DNA of 64,000 nucleotides, from NCBI GenBank assembly GCA_965208675.1, contig OZ242351.1, positions 2,456,491-2,520,490 of the forward strand, written 5' to 3'. Position numbers and translations under genes: made by a program. Below are positions 54,909 through 64,000 of this stretch, in pieces (the first letter of the stretch is position 1; every line of letters starts with the position of its first letter). The notes beneath the pieces are model-generated. The model made no database searches and had not been told where the DNA came from. It saw nothing but the letters and a program-made list of their open reading frames with translations. This stretch comes from Candidatus Poribacteria bacterium. GTDB taxonomy: Bacteria; Poribacteria; WGA-4E; PCPOR2b.

Positions 54909-56213
54909 ATGAACACACAGCTATGGTTTCCGGAAAATAAAAGCCCTGAACAATACGATAAAGATATGTCGCGGCGCAGTTTTCTCAAATTCGGCACGAG
55001 CAGTTTTTTGGGGCTGATAGCCATGCAGCATCTGCAACTGCCGGCACTTTCCGCGATCGATGCGCTGCCGTCGCAAGCGGAACACTGCATTGTTCTGTTC
55101 ATGAACGGCGGTCCGAGTCAATTGGACACGTTTGATCCAAAAGCGGGTACGGCGAACGGTGGGCCTTTCAAGGCGATATCGACAAGTGCGAAAGGCATCG
55201 AGTTTTCTGAAAATTTGCCGCTGCTCGCCGAGCAAGCCCATCACCTCTCCATTATCCGATCGATGGTATCGGGCGAAGGGAATCATGAAAGGGCGCGATT
55301 CCTGCTGCATACCGGCTACGCGCCGACGGGATCCGTGCAGCACCCGACTCTGGGTTCAATCGCCTCCTACTATATGGATGACGACGATTTTGAATTGCCG
55401 AGTTGTGTGAACATCAACTCGCCAACTTTTACGGGCGGATTTCTAGGTGCGGCGCACGATCCGTTCTTGGTCAGCAATCCGATGGAACCGCTTGAGGATC
55501 TCAAGTACCCGCCGCAAATGGACCGCCATAGATTTCGCCAACGTCTCCGTATGTTGAAGGATTTGGAGAAGGATTTCCTCAAGAAGCGAGACACACGCAG
55601 CACTGAAGCCCATCAAGCTATCTACAAAAAGGCGGATAAACTGATAAACTCGCCGCACGCAGAGGCGTTCAGCCTCAATGAAGAGCCGTTAGCGTTAAGA
55701 GAATCCTACGGAATGAACCAATTCGGGCAAGGCTGCCTGATGGCGCGCCGGTTGGTTGAGGCGGGCGTGAAGTTTGTTGAGGTTTCGCTTGACGGTTGGG
55801 ATACCCACTCGAACAACTTTGAATCAGTGAAGAACCTACTTAGTGTAGTTGATCCGGCGTTCTCGGCGCTGGTGAAAGATCTTGCCGATCGAGAAATATT
55901 GGACAAGACGGTGGTGTTATGGCTCGGGGAGTTTGGACGGACTCCCAGGATTAACGAGAATGACGGGCGCGACCACTACCCGAACGGCTGGTCTGCGGTT
56001 CTCGCCGGCGGCGGTGTTCGAGGCGGACAGGCGGTCGGAGCGACGGATGCGGATGGGATAGAGGTTGTTGACCGCGCGGTTTCCGTGCCCGACCTATTTG
56101 CGTCGCTCTGCTTTGCGCTAGGGATAGACTATCACACCGAAAATTATTCTCGAATGGGTCGCCCGATTCGAGTCGTTGACAACGGTGCGGTGGTCAAAGA
56201 GTTATTTGCATGA
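54909..56213 (+). CDS. DUF1501 (sulfatase-fold) protein with Tat-type signal
   Basis: 434 aa. SRRSFLKFGTSS twin-arginine motif. FMNGGPSQLDTFDPK and GEFGRTPRIN....GRDHYP are hallmark blocks. Confidence 0.85.
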   Translation: MNTQLWFPENKSPEQYDKDMSRRSFLKFGTSSFLGLIAMQHLQLPALSAIDALPSQAEHCIVLFMNGGPSQLDTFDPKAGTANGGPFKAISTSAKGIEFSENLPLLAEQAHHLSIIRSMVSGEGNHERARFLLHTGYAPTGSVQHPTLGSIASYYMDDDDFELPSCVNINSPTFTGGFLGAAHDPFLVSNPMEPLEDLKYPPQMDRHRFRQRLRMLKDLEKDFLKKRDTRSTEAHQAIYKKADKLINSPHAEAFSLNEEPLALRESYGMNQFGQGCLMARRLVEAGVKFVEVSLDGWDTHSNNFESVKNLLSVVDPAFSALVKDLADREILDKTVVLWLGEFGRTPRINENDGRDHYPNGWSAVLAGGGVRGGQAVGATDADGIEVVDRAVSVPDLFASLCFALGIDYHTENYSRMGRPIRVVDNGAVVKELFA

Positions 56214-56359
56214 AGCGTAATACGGCGTTGAAAGTGCCTCGGGATACGTGTATCGGCAGCTTCGCATTTTTCGATATTTACCGTGTGCGCAACGAAGCTT
56301 GAGTCTACGTGATTTTGTGAAATTCTAAATCGCAGCGATTTGATACGGAGAGCACATCT

Positions 56360-57259
56360 ATGAAAGTCCTCGTGACTGGTTCAACGGGTCTCATCGGTTC
56401 GGCGTTGGTTAGCACCCTCACCGAGCAGGGACACGAGGTTAAGAAACTCGTCCGCACCGAGCCCGCGTCCGGAGAAGATGAGGTTCACTGGTCGCCTGAA
56501 TCGAGAAACATTGATAAGGGCGGGTTGGAAGGATTGGATGCGGTCGTGCATCTCGCCGGAGAAAACATTGCCAGCGGGAAATGGACGGCAGAGAAAAAAG
56601 CCAGAATACGCGACAGCCGTGTCGAAGGAACGCGTCTGCTATGCGAGACGATCGCCCAACTTGAACGGCCGCCCAAGGTAGCGGTTTGCTCGTCTGCTAT
56701 CGGTTTTTACGGCGACCGCGGCGGTGCGGCAGTCGACGAGGCAGCCTTTTCGGGATCGGGGTTTCTCCCCGATGTCTGCCAGGAATGGGAGGAAGCCACG
56801 GGATCGGCGGCGGAAGCAGGCATCCGAGTTGTAAACCTTCGGATTGGCGTTGTATTTAGTCTGGACGGCGGCGCATTGGCACGAATGCTTCCCCCATTCA
56901 AGATGGGTTCCGGAGGAAAATTGGGGAATGGGAAACAGTACATTAGTTGGATCGCGTTAGACGATGTCGTTGGTGCAATCAATCACGTTCTTACGCAAGA
57001 CGGTTTGCACGGTCCGGTAAATGCGGTATCCCCGCAGGCGGTCACCAATAGCGAACTTACAAAAACCTTGGGGCGCGTGCTGAACCGCCCTACCCTCTTT
57101 GGCATGCCCGCCTTTATGGTTCGTTCCGTCTTCGGCGAAATGGCGGACGAAATGCTGCTCGTAAGCACCCGCGTGGAGCCTGCCCGATTGTCTGAAACTG
57201 GCTACACATTCCAGTATCCCGAACTCGAAAGCGCGCTGCGGTACCTTTTGGGAAAATGA
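56360..57259 (+). CDS. TIGR01777/YfcH-like NAD-dependent epimerase family protein (with DUF1731 C-terminus)
   Basis: 299 aa. MKVLVTGSTGLIGSAL Rossmann motif. C-terminal RVEPARLSETGYTFQYPELESALR. Confidence 0.8.
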   Translation: MKVLVTGSTGLIGSALVSTLTEQGHEVKKLVRTEPASGEDEVHWSPESRNIDKGGLEGLDAVVHLAGENIASGKWTAEKKARIRDSRVEGTRLLCETIAQLERPPKVAVCSSAIGFYGDRGGAAVDEAAFSGSGFLPDVCQEWEEATGSAAEAGIRVVNLRIGVVFSLDGGALARMLPPFKMGSGGKLGNGKQYISWIALDDVVGAINHVLTQDGLHGPVNAVSPQAVTNSELTKTLGRVLNRPTLFGMPAFMVRSVFGEMADEMLLVSTRVEPARLSETGYTFQYPELESALRYLLGK

Positions 57260-57576
57260 ACAGTTCAGAAGAATCAATGCTACTACGCTGACACACGCTT
57301 ACCCATTCGACCTTTGCTTCGTCCAACGATTACCACGACGCAACAACACCTCTGATGTGTCCCACGAAATACCGTTTCGCCGATTGAGGCGAATATTCAA
57401 TATCCTGCTCTCGTTACAATCTCGCCCCGCGCACCTTCCTTAACATTCGCGCCTAAATATCTGCATGACATCTTTCCCAATCATATCTATCCTTGCCCAT
57501 AGACACCGCCAGAACCGAACCATAGGGTGATTTCAAAGGCATGAAAAAATAAATGCAGATTTATTAGCATTTTGTC

Positions 57577-57606
57577 TTGACATGCTGAATCAGGTAATGC
57601 TATAAT
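57577..57606 (+). promoter_or_regulatory. sigma70-consensus-like promoter
   Basis: TTGACA (57577-57582), 18 nt, TATAAT (57601-57606). Confidence 0.5.
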
Positions 57607-57828
57607 TCTCGCAGTGATGCTGTTTCTTTGCGTGAGTCAATCATCTACCTAACAGAACGGTAGTGTGCGAGAATCTACAGTAGGTGATTAGTTTGGGTGC
57701 CGTTCTTTACTTTATCGAAACGGTTTGTGGTGCGCTGGTTAGGGTTCAAATAGGAAACAGGCCGATTACCTCTACATTGAACTTACACCATTCCTTTGAT
57801 AGCATGAGGAGGTTCGACGATACTGACT

Positions 57829-59688
57829 ATGAGGAAATGCAACCAACCAGCTAAAACGTTCGATGCGAATCGTTACTTGTTAGCAAGAATCGAAGTGGGC
57901 ACGCATTACGCTTTATTTTTTCTATTATTGCTACTGCATTTCAGTGTTATTTCCGCAAATTCTCAATGGCAGCGGGAGCAAATTGTGTTTGTGGCTCAAG
58001 AGGCGGATCTCCGACAAATACGCCTCACAAATGGTTTAGGCGGTCAAGTTAAAAAGCTTACATTGCAAGGACGCTGCGCCACGCCATCATTATCGTTTGA
58101 TGGAAAACGGGTTGCATTTGCCTGGTTAGCCCATCGACGGCAAAACTATGAAATTTATTTAATGGATATTCAGTCAGGTGAGCAGCGTCGAGTGACATTT
58201 TCACAAAATAGAAATATTCATAGTCTTTACCCTTCTTGGGCGCCGGACGGAAGTCGGATTGTGTTCGCTTCAAATTTTGATGGTGATTACGACCTCTACA
58301 CTGTGGATGAAAAAGGGAATAATCGCACCCCGCTGACGGATAGTGAGGGAGACGATGTGCAACCTGACTGGTCTCCGGACGGGCGTGAAATCGTGTTCGC
58401 TTCTGATCAAGCCCAGGGGTATTTTCAGATATACCGGATAGATGTCAGAACGGGACACCAACAGACTCTTGCCAATAACGATTTTCATGCCGCCTATCCG
58501 AGATGGTCGCCTGACGGCACTCAGGTAGCATACCATTCTGCAGTGGTTGATGTGGCGCTAACCGGCGGCTGGCAGATTTGGCAAGTCAGAACTGATGGAA
58601 CGGACGTAAAACACCTGATTGTAGAAGGTGAAAGTGGTAGCCCCGCCATTTCTCCCGACGGGAAGCAGATTGCATTTTCATCTTGGAGAGATGATAACTT
58701 GGACATTTACATCTTGGACAGGGATTCTCTGGAAACTCGCCGTCTTACTCGCGACCCGTCTCTCGATTCGAGTCCGGGTTGGTCACCGGACGGCAAACAC
58801 TTAGTTTTTGTTTCCAAGAGAACGGGCAATCCAGACATTCATAAGATTAACGCAGATGGCGGTGGGATTGTGAATTTGACTCGGAGTGAAACGTCCGAAT
58901 ATAGTCCAGCTTGGTCTCCCGGAGGGGATAGGATTAGCTTCGCTCGAGTTGTAGATGGAAGGTGGGAGATTCATGTGATGGACAGCGGCGGAAACCGTCA
59001 AAGGCGGTTGGATAATAGTCCTGTTTTCAACGGATCTCCGTCATGGTCGCCGCAAGGGGATAAGATTGCCTTTGTGAATTCGCCCGAAGAGGATTCAAAA
59101 GTGAGACGCATTTACATAATTGATCCGGAGGGGCAGAATAAGCGATTATTATATGAATCATTAAGCGTGAGAATAAGTAGACCCAGTTGGTCTCCGGATG
59201 GCAGAAAAATGCTGTTTGTCAATTTAAGCAAATTGGACAATGGGATTTCAGAAATCCGCATACTTGATGTGATGACACGAAAGGTGGTCAACTCGATTCA
59301 TTTGATAGATGTATCGATTGACAATGCAGTTTGGTCGTCCGTTGGTAGGAATATTGTCTTTACAGCGCTTTCAGTAGACGTGCAGCGTATCCTCCAGTAC
59401 GGTGTTTTCTTGGTGGACGCCGACGGCAATAATCAAGAGCCCCTTTTGCATACCTTCAGTCCTCAGGCGGTTGATTACGGCGAGGAACGTCTTTCGTGGT
59501 CGCCCGAAGGACAAAGCCTCCTGTTTAGCCGCGGCACTGGACACCTCTACGTAACCGGGATAAACGGAGGAGGCGTCAGCCTTTTTCTCAGAAATGCGCA
59601 TTCACCGGATTGGAAACAGCCTGTATCCCGCGAGAGAGTAACAGCCGAGAACAAGCTGCATACGACTTGGGGCGAAGTCAAGAAGTAA
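57829..59688 (+). CDS. TolB-like WD40/PD40 beta-propeller repeat protein, paralog 1
   Basis: 619 aa. More than 8 repeats with the SWSPDG / DWSPDG signature. Hydrophobic N-terminal segment. Confidence 0.8.
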   Translation: MRKCNQPAKTFDANRYLLARIEVGTHYALFFLLLLLHFSVISANSQWQREQIVFVAQEADLRQIRLTNGLGGQVKKLTLQGRCATPSLSFDGKRVAFAWLAHRRQNYEIYLMDIQSGEQRRVTFSQNRNIHSLYPSWAPDGSRIVFASNFDGDYDLYTVDEKGNNRTPLTDSEGDDVQPDWSPDGREIVFASDQAQGYFQIYRIDVRTGHQQTLANNDFHAAYPRWSPDGTQVAYHSAVVDVALTGGWQIWQVRTDGTDVKHLIVEGESGSPAISPDGKQIAFSSWRDDNLDIYILDRDSLETRRLTRDPSLDSSPGWSPDGKHLVFVSKRTGNPDIHKINADGGGIVNLTRSETSEYSPAWSPGGDRISFARVVDGRWEIHVMDSGGNRQRRLDNSPVFNGSPSWSPQGDKIAFVNSPEEDSKVRRIYIIDPEGQNKRLLYESLSVRISRPSWSPDGRKMLFVNLSKLDNGISEIRILDVMTRKVVNSIHLIDVSIDNAVWSSVGRNIVFTALSVDVQRILQYGVFLVDADGNNQEPLLHTFSPQAVDYGEERLSWSPEGQSLLFSRGTGHLYVTGINGGGVSLFLRNAHSPDWKQPVSRERVTAENKLHTTWGEVKK

Positions 59689-59803
59689 ACCGTGCCCAGA
59701 TCGAACCCGTGCAAATATCTTGACCGACTCCGATTGTAGCCTGAAATTCAACCATAGTAACCAACTTGCTCAGCGCTGTATTGCATGAGGAGGCTCGACG
59801 ATA

Positions 59804-61585
59804 ATGACAATGAGGAAATGCCATCAACCAGCTAAAACGTGCGATTCAAACCGTTACTTGTTAGCAAGAATTGAAGTGGACACGCGGTATATTTTATTTT
59901 TTCTATTATTACTACTGATAAATTTCAGTGTTTTTTCCGCAAATGCCCAATGGCAGCGGGAGCAAATTGTGTTTGTGTCACAAGAGGCGGATCTCCGACA
60001 AATACGCCTCACAAATGGTTTAGGCGGCCAGGTCAAAAAGCTTACATTGCAAGGACGCTGCGCCACGCCATCATTATCGTATGATGGAAAAAGGGTTGCA
60101 TTTTCTTGGTCAGCCCATCGCCGGCAAAACTATGAAATTTTTTTGATGGACATTCAGTCAGGTCAGCAACGTAGAGTGACACTTTCACAAAATAGAAATA
60201 TCCATAGTCTTTATCCTTCTTGGGCACCTGACGGAAGTAGGATTGTGTTCGCTTCAAATTTTGATGGTGATTACGACCTCTACACCGTCGATGAAAAAGG
60301 GAATAATCGCACCCCGTTGACGGATAGTGAGGGAGACGATGTTCAACCTGACTGGTCTTCGGACGGGCGTGAAATCGTGTTTGCTTCCGATCAAGCCCAG
60401 GGTTTTTTTCAGATATACCGGGTAGATTTAAAAACAGGACACCAACAGACTCTTGCGAATAACGATTTTCATGCTGCCTACCCGAGATGGTCGCCTGATG
60501 GAACTCAGGTGGCATACCATTCTGCAGTGGTTGATGTGGCGCTAACCGGCGGCCGGCAGATTTGGCAAGTCAGAACTGATGGAACGGACGTGAAACGCCT
60601 GATTGTAGAAGGTGAAAGCAATAGCCCCGCCATTTCTCCCGACGGGAAGCAGATAGCATTTTCATCTAGGAGAGATGATAACTGGGACATTTACGTCTTC
60701 GATAGGGATTCCCTGCAAACTGTCCGCCTAACGCGTGACCCATCTATCGATTCGAGTCCGAGTTGGTCACCTGATGGCAGGCATATTGTTTTTAATTCCA
60801 AAAGAACGGGCAATCCTGACATTCATAAGATGGATGCCGAAGGCGGCGGGATTGTGAATTTGACTCGGAGTGAGACTTCCGAATATGGTGCAGTTTGGTC
60901 TCCCGGAGGGGATAAGATTAGTTTTGCGCGAGTTGTAGACGGAAGGTGGGAGATTCATGTAATGGACAGCGGCGGGAACCGCCAAATGCGGCTGGATAAT
61001 GGTCCTGTTTACAACGGCTATCCGTCATGGTCGCCGCAAGGAGATAAGATTGCCTTTGTGAATTCGCCCGAAGAGGATTCAAAGGTTGGGCGTATTTATA
61101 CAATTGATCCGGATGGGCAGAATAAGCAATTATTATATGAAACATTAAGCGTGAGAATAAGTAGACCTAGTTGGTCTCCAAATGGCAGAAAAATGCTGTT
61201 TGTCAATCTAGACAAATTGGACTTAGGGATCACAGAAATCCGCATACTTGATGTAATGACAGGAAAGGTGGTCAACTCAATTCGTTTGAAGGACGTTCCG
61301 ATTGACAACGCAGTTTGGGGACCTAATGGTAGGACCATTATCTTTTCAGCGCTTTCAACAGACGTGCGGCGTGTCCTCCGGTACGGTGTTTTCTTAGTGG
61401 ACGCCGACGGCAATAATCAAGAACCGCTTTGGCATACTTTAATTGCCCACGACCTTTATTACGGAGGAGGCGTCAACCTATTTCTCAGAAATGCGCATTC
61501 GCCGGATTGGAAAACGCCTCGTATCTGGCAGAACGTAACCCCAAAAAACAAGCTGCAGACGACGTGGGGAGAGGTCAAAAACTAG
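59804..61585 (+). CDS. TolB-like WD40/PD40 beta-propeller repeat protein, paralog 2
   Basis: 593 aa. Collinear with paralog 1, including the leader peptide and upstream RBS region. Lacks a short C-terminal segment. Confidence 0.8.
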   Translation: MTMRKCHQPAKTCDSNRYLLARIEVDTRYILFFLLLLLINFSVFSANAQWQREQIVFVSQEADLRQIRLTNGLGGQVKKLTLQGRCATPSLSYDGKRVAFSWSAHRRQNYEIFLMDIQSGQQRRVTLSQNRNIHSLYPSWAPDGSRIVFASNFDGDYDLYTVDEKGNNRTPLTDSEGDDVQPDWSSDGREIVFASDQAQGFFQIYRVDLKTGHQQTLANNDFHAAYPRWSPDGTQVAYHSAVVDVALTGGRQIWQVRTDGTDVKRLIVEGESNSPAISPDGKQIAFSSRRDDNWDIYVFDRDSLQTVRLTRDPSIDSSPSWSPDGRHIVFNSKRTGNPDIHKMDAEGGGIVNLTRSETSEYGAVWSPGGDKISFARVVDGRWEIHVMDSGGNRQMRLDNGPVYNGYPSWSPQGDKIAFVNSPEEDSKVGRIYTIDPDGQNKQLLYETLSVRISRPSWSPNGRKMLFVNLDKLDLGITEIRILDVMTGKVVNSIRLKDVPIDNAVWGPNGRTIIFSALSTDVRRVLRYGVFLVDADGNNQEPLWHTLIAHDLYYGGGVNLFLRNAHSPDWKTPRIWQNVTPKNKLQTTWGEVKN

Positions 61586-61979
61586 TCCGTAGATTGACAG
61601 ATACCCCACTTATACAGCCAGTTTTTCCTCTCTGAGCTGGCGGACTCCTAATTACCTACTTTGTACCGCGTCGGTTCTCATTGCTTTTTGTTTCAGATTG
61701 CCAATGCGATCGCGTTTGATATACCGCTACAATTCCGATCGCTGTTCCTTCCGAAGATTACCCTAGAATAGTTTGCATCTCGCACTATCCCCCTGGAGTT
61801 CAACTTCGCTGATTGCGCAGATGTAAAATTAGTGCGTTCTCGGCACTCTCGCCTAAACACCAACATGTGAATATATCCATTCACAGAATTACTTACCCAT
61901 AGTTTAGACGGTACGTCAGTCAAATTAACGAAATTGTAAAGGAATCTGCATAATAATGCAGGTATTTTAGCAATTTCAC

Positions 61980-62009
61980 TTGACATGCCGTATTAACGAA
62001 TACTACAAT
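61980..62009 (+). promoter_or_regulatory. sigma70-like promoter with GTATT-N4-AATAC inverted repeat in the spacer
   Basis: TTGACA (61980-61985), 18 nt, TACAAT (62004-62009). Confidence 0.45.
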
Positions 62010-62064
62010 TCTAGCATTAATGATTATTGGATGTCGAATTCAATGTACCTTTAGGGAAGGAAAT

Positions 62065-62466
62065 ATGTCTATCAACAAACCACCTCGTGACCTAAGTCGC
62101 CGCGAACGACAGATTATGAACATCGTCTACCGCAGAGGCCGGGCTTCGGTCGCAGAAGTATTGGATGAATTGGAAGTCTCTCCATCCTATTCAGCCGTCC
62201 GGGCGATGATGCGAATTCTAGAAGAGAAGAGCCATCTTCGGCATGATAAAGAGGGAGCGCGATTCATCTACACGCCGGTTTACCCGCGTCAGGATGCCGG
62301 AGAATCGGCTCTTAAACAAGTGTTTCAGACTTTTTTCGATAATTCGGTTGAGAAAACCATCGCCGCACTGTTGAATGTCTCTGATACTGCATTGTCCGAC
62401 GAGGAATCCAATCGTTTGGCGGCACTCATCGAACAAACCAAGTCAGAACAAGACGAAAATCCATGA
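62065..62466 (+). CDS. BlaI/MecI/CopY-family winged-helix transcriptional repressor
   Basis: The ATG at 62065 follows GGAAGGAAAT. LSRRERQIMNIVYRRGRASVAEVLDEL....YSAVRAMMRILEEKSHL is the typical N-terminal wHTH. Confidence 0.8.
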   Translation: MSINKPPRDLSRRERQIMNIVYRRGRASVAEVLDELEVSPSYSAVRAMMRILEEKSHLRHDKEGARFIYTPVYPRQDAGESALKQVFQTFFDNSVEKTIAALLNVSDTALSDEESNRLAALIEQTKSEQDENP

Positions 62467-62527
62467 TGGTACTGTACGTTGATCGAATTAATTCCGCCGT
62501 AACATACCATTACAAGGAGTAAACCCC

Positions 62528-63697
62528 ATGATGTCCCTAATTTCGCTCTTCGAGGTTTCCGAACATTCGAGTCGTTGGCTAGCGGTGTTTTTGGCGGCGT
62601 CCGTAAAGGGATTTATTGTGCTTGCAATGGCTGCCGGGTTGAATCTTGTGTTGCGGCGCAGTTCTTCGGCGATCCGCCACCTGATATGGTTACTGGCAAT
62701 TTCCAGTTGCCTCTGCCTACCCGTCATTTCTGTGATTTTGCCAAGCTGGCGGTTGCCAGTTGTCCCACAGATGCACACTTGGACCGACGCAACGCCCGGT
62801 TTGGAAAGGAATCTGGACGATGCAAAATTTCCATCCGTAGATAGCCGGTCCGTCACGCCGGGCGCAGCGATTTCTCAAAACGATTCCAACCCCGAAACAG
62901 CAAGATTGCCTAGCACGGTTCGAGAAACATCCGAAAATTTCACACTGCAGAAGCCGGGATGGTGGACAATGCCAGCCCTTTGGACCTTTATCGGGATTGC
63001 TTGGTGCATCGGTATGTTGATTGTCCTCGTTCCACTGTTGACAGGGTTGGCAGGCATTTGGAAAATTGCACAGCGAAGTCAACGTGTAACCGATGGCCAC
63101 TTGGCAGCGTTGATGCGTGAACTCCGGCAAAAAATCGGCTTGAAGCGCAGTGTTTCGCTCTTACGGAGCGAGGTGAAGATGCCGATGACTTGGGGCATCA
63201 TTCGTCCCCAAGTGCTGATTCCCGCTGATGCGCAAAACTGGCCGATAAACCGTCAGCGCGCCGTGTTGCTGCACGAACTCGCACACGTCCAACGGTGGGA
63301 TTGGGTAACGCAAACGCTTGCCCATATCTCCTGCGCCGTCTATTGGTTTAACCCATTGGTCTGGATGGCTGATCGACGCATGCGCCTAGAACGTGAGCGC
63401 GCCTGCGACGACCATGTCTTGATCGGCGGCTTCCGCGCGGCAGACTATGCCGAGCACTTGCTAGAAATTGCCCGGGAAACGTTGCCGCGTGCATTTACTG
63501 CACGCGCTGCGGTAGCTATGGCGCAGCCCTCGTGGATTGAAAAGCGGCTGCGGGTCATTCTGGCGGCAGACCGCAATCGGCGGCCTGTGACGAGAGCCGC
63601 AGTTTCAGTCGGCGTATTGACCGTCGCCTGTCTCGTCCTTCCGCTCGGAATCATGCATATTGCCGAAGCACTTGACGACGAATATTTACTTCAATAG
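62528..63697 (+). CDS. BlaR1/MecR1-like M56 membrane metalloprotease without a recognisable sensor domain
   Basis: 389 aa with several TM segments. LLHELAHVQRWDW HExxH motif. Immediately downstream of the BlaI-like gene. Confidence 0.8.
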   Translation: MMSLISLFEVSEHSSRWLAVFLAASVKGFIVLAMAAGLNLVLRRSSSAIRHLIWLLAISSCLCLPVISVILPSWRLPVVPQMHTWTDATPGLERNLDDAKFPSVDSRSVTPGAAISQNDSNPETARLPSTVRETSENFTLQKPGWWTMPALWTFIGIAWCIGMLIVLVPLLTGLAGIWKIAQRSQRVTDGHLAALMRELRQKIGLKRSVSLLRSEVKMPMTWGIIRPQVLIPADAQNWPINRQRAVLLHELAHVQRWDWVTQTLAHISCAVYWFNPLVWMADRRMRLERERACDDHVLIGGFRAADYAEHLLEIARETLPRAFTARAAVAMAQPSWIEKRLRVILAADRNRRPVTRAAVSVGVLTVACLVLPLGIMHIAEALDDEYLLQ

Positions 63698-63709
63698 ATT
63701 AGGGAAGCT

Positions 63710-64000
63710 ATGCTATGGAGGCCAAGCCGTTCTGAAAGTACGCCAACCGTTGCCGAAAGGGAGGCGATGATGGAACAACTCACGAAACGGCGCGAAAAAG
63801 GGTTTGAACTCAGCGAACGATTTCTGCGCACCTACCCCGAAAGCGATAAGCGCGATGAGGCATGGATGTATAAGATTCAAGGTCTATCGAGGCTCCGAAG
63901 GCAAGAGGAAGCCAAAACTGAAATCGAAATCTTCCTGAAAACTTTTCCCGAATCGAAATACGCCTTTGACATACGGTCATTCAAGATCGGTTATTTTGAA
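63710..64000 (+). CDS. partial ORF running off the window (possibly TPR-like)
   Basis: Open frame from the ATG at 63710 (or 63767/63770 after GGGAGG) to the window end. Helical, charged sequence. Confidence 0.35.
   Translation, partial: MLWRPSRSESTPTVAEREAMMEQLTKRREKGFELSERFLRTYPESDKRDEAWMYKIQGLSRLRRQEEAKTEIEIFLKTFPESKYAFDIRSFKIGYFE

Overview
The window looks like chromosomal DNA from a Gram-negative bacterium. It carries lipid A genes (lpxA, an lpxC-fabZ fusion, lpxI) and a DUF1549/DUF1553 + DUF1501 gene pair, which is typical of PVC-like or candidate phyla; that taxonomic guess is inference only. There are four blocks.

(1) 0.2-25.4 kb, all on the minus strand. A secretin gene is followed by fused PilM/N-like and PilO/P-like genes and a CBM-like secreted protein. 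Next come two giant Sec-signal RHS/YD-repeat toxins (1651 and 1643 aa). They share an exact 3,790-bp internal repeat but carry different C-terminal HExxH toxin tips. An orphan RHS-tip toxin cassette and arrays of lipoprotein (Ig-like) and HEAT-repeat genes, plausibly immunity or accessory factors, sit among them. No PAAR, VgrG or Hcp gene is visible. Several REP-like hairpin repeat families lie between these genes and, in frame, inside them.

(2) 26-42.7 kb, housekeeping genes: tsaD, tsaC, moeB/thiF-like, lpxI, lpxA, lpxC-fabZ, mltG, ruvX and clpB. This block also holds an unannotated Rdx/SelW-like selenoprotein gene with an in-frame UGA in a CxxU motif.

(3) About 42.9-52.9 kb, an AT-rich island. 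It contains an AlwI/BstNBI-family type IIS restriction enzyme flanked by two adenine-type methyltransferases, one fused to a RadC/JAB domain. It also contains an SDH/S49 Clp-fold serine protease, four small ORFs, and several small promoter-to-terminator units that look like sRNAs.

(4) 53.2-64 kb: DUF1549/1553 and DUF1501 genes, a YfcH-like epimerase, two tandem TolB-like beta-propeller paralogs, and a BlaI/BlaR1-like pair.

All functional calls rest on motif recognition by eye. No database search was run.
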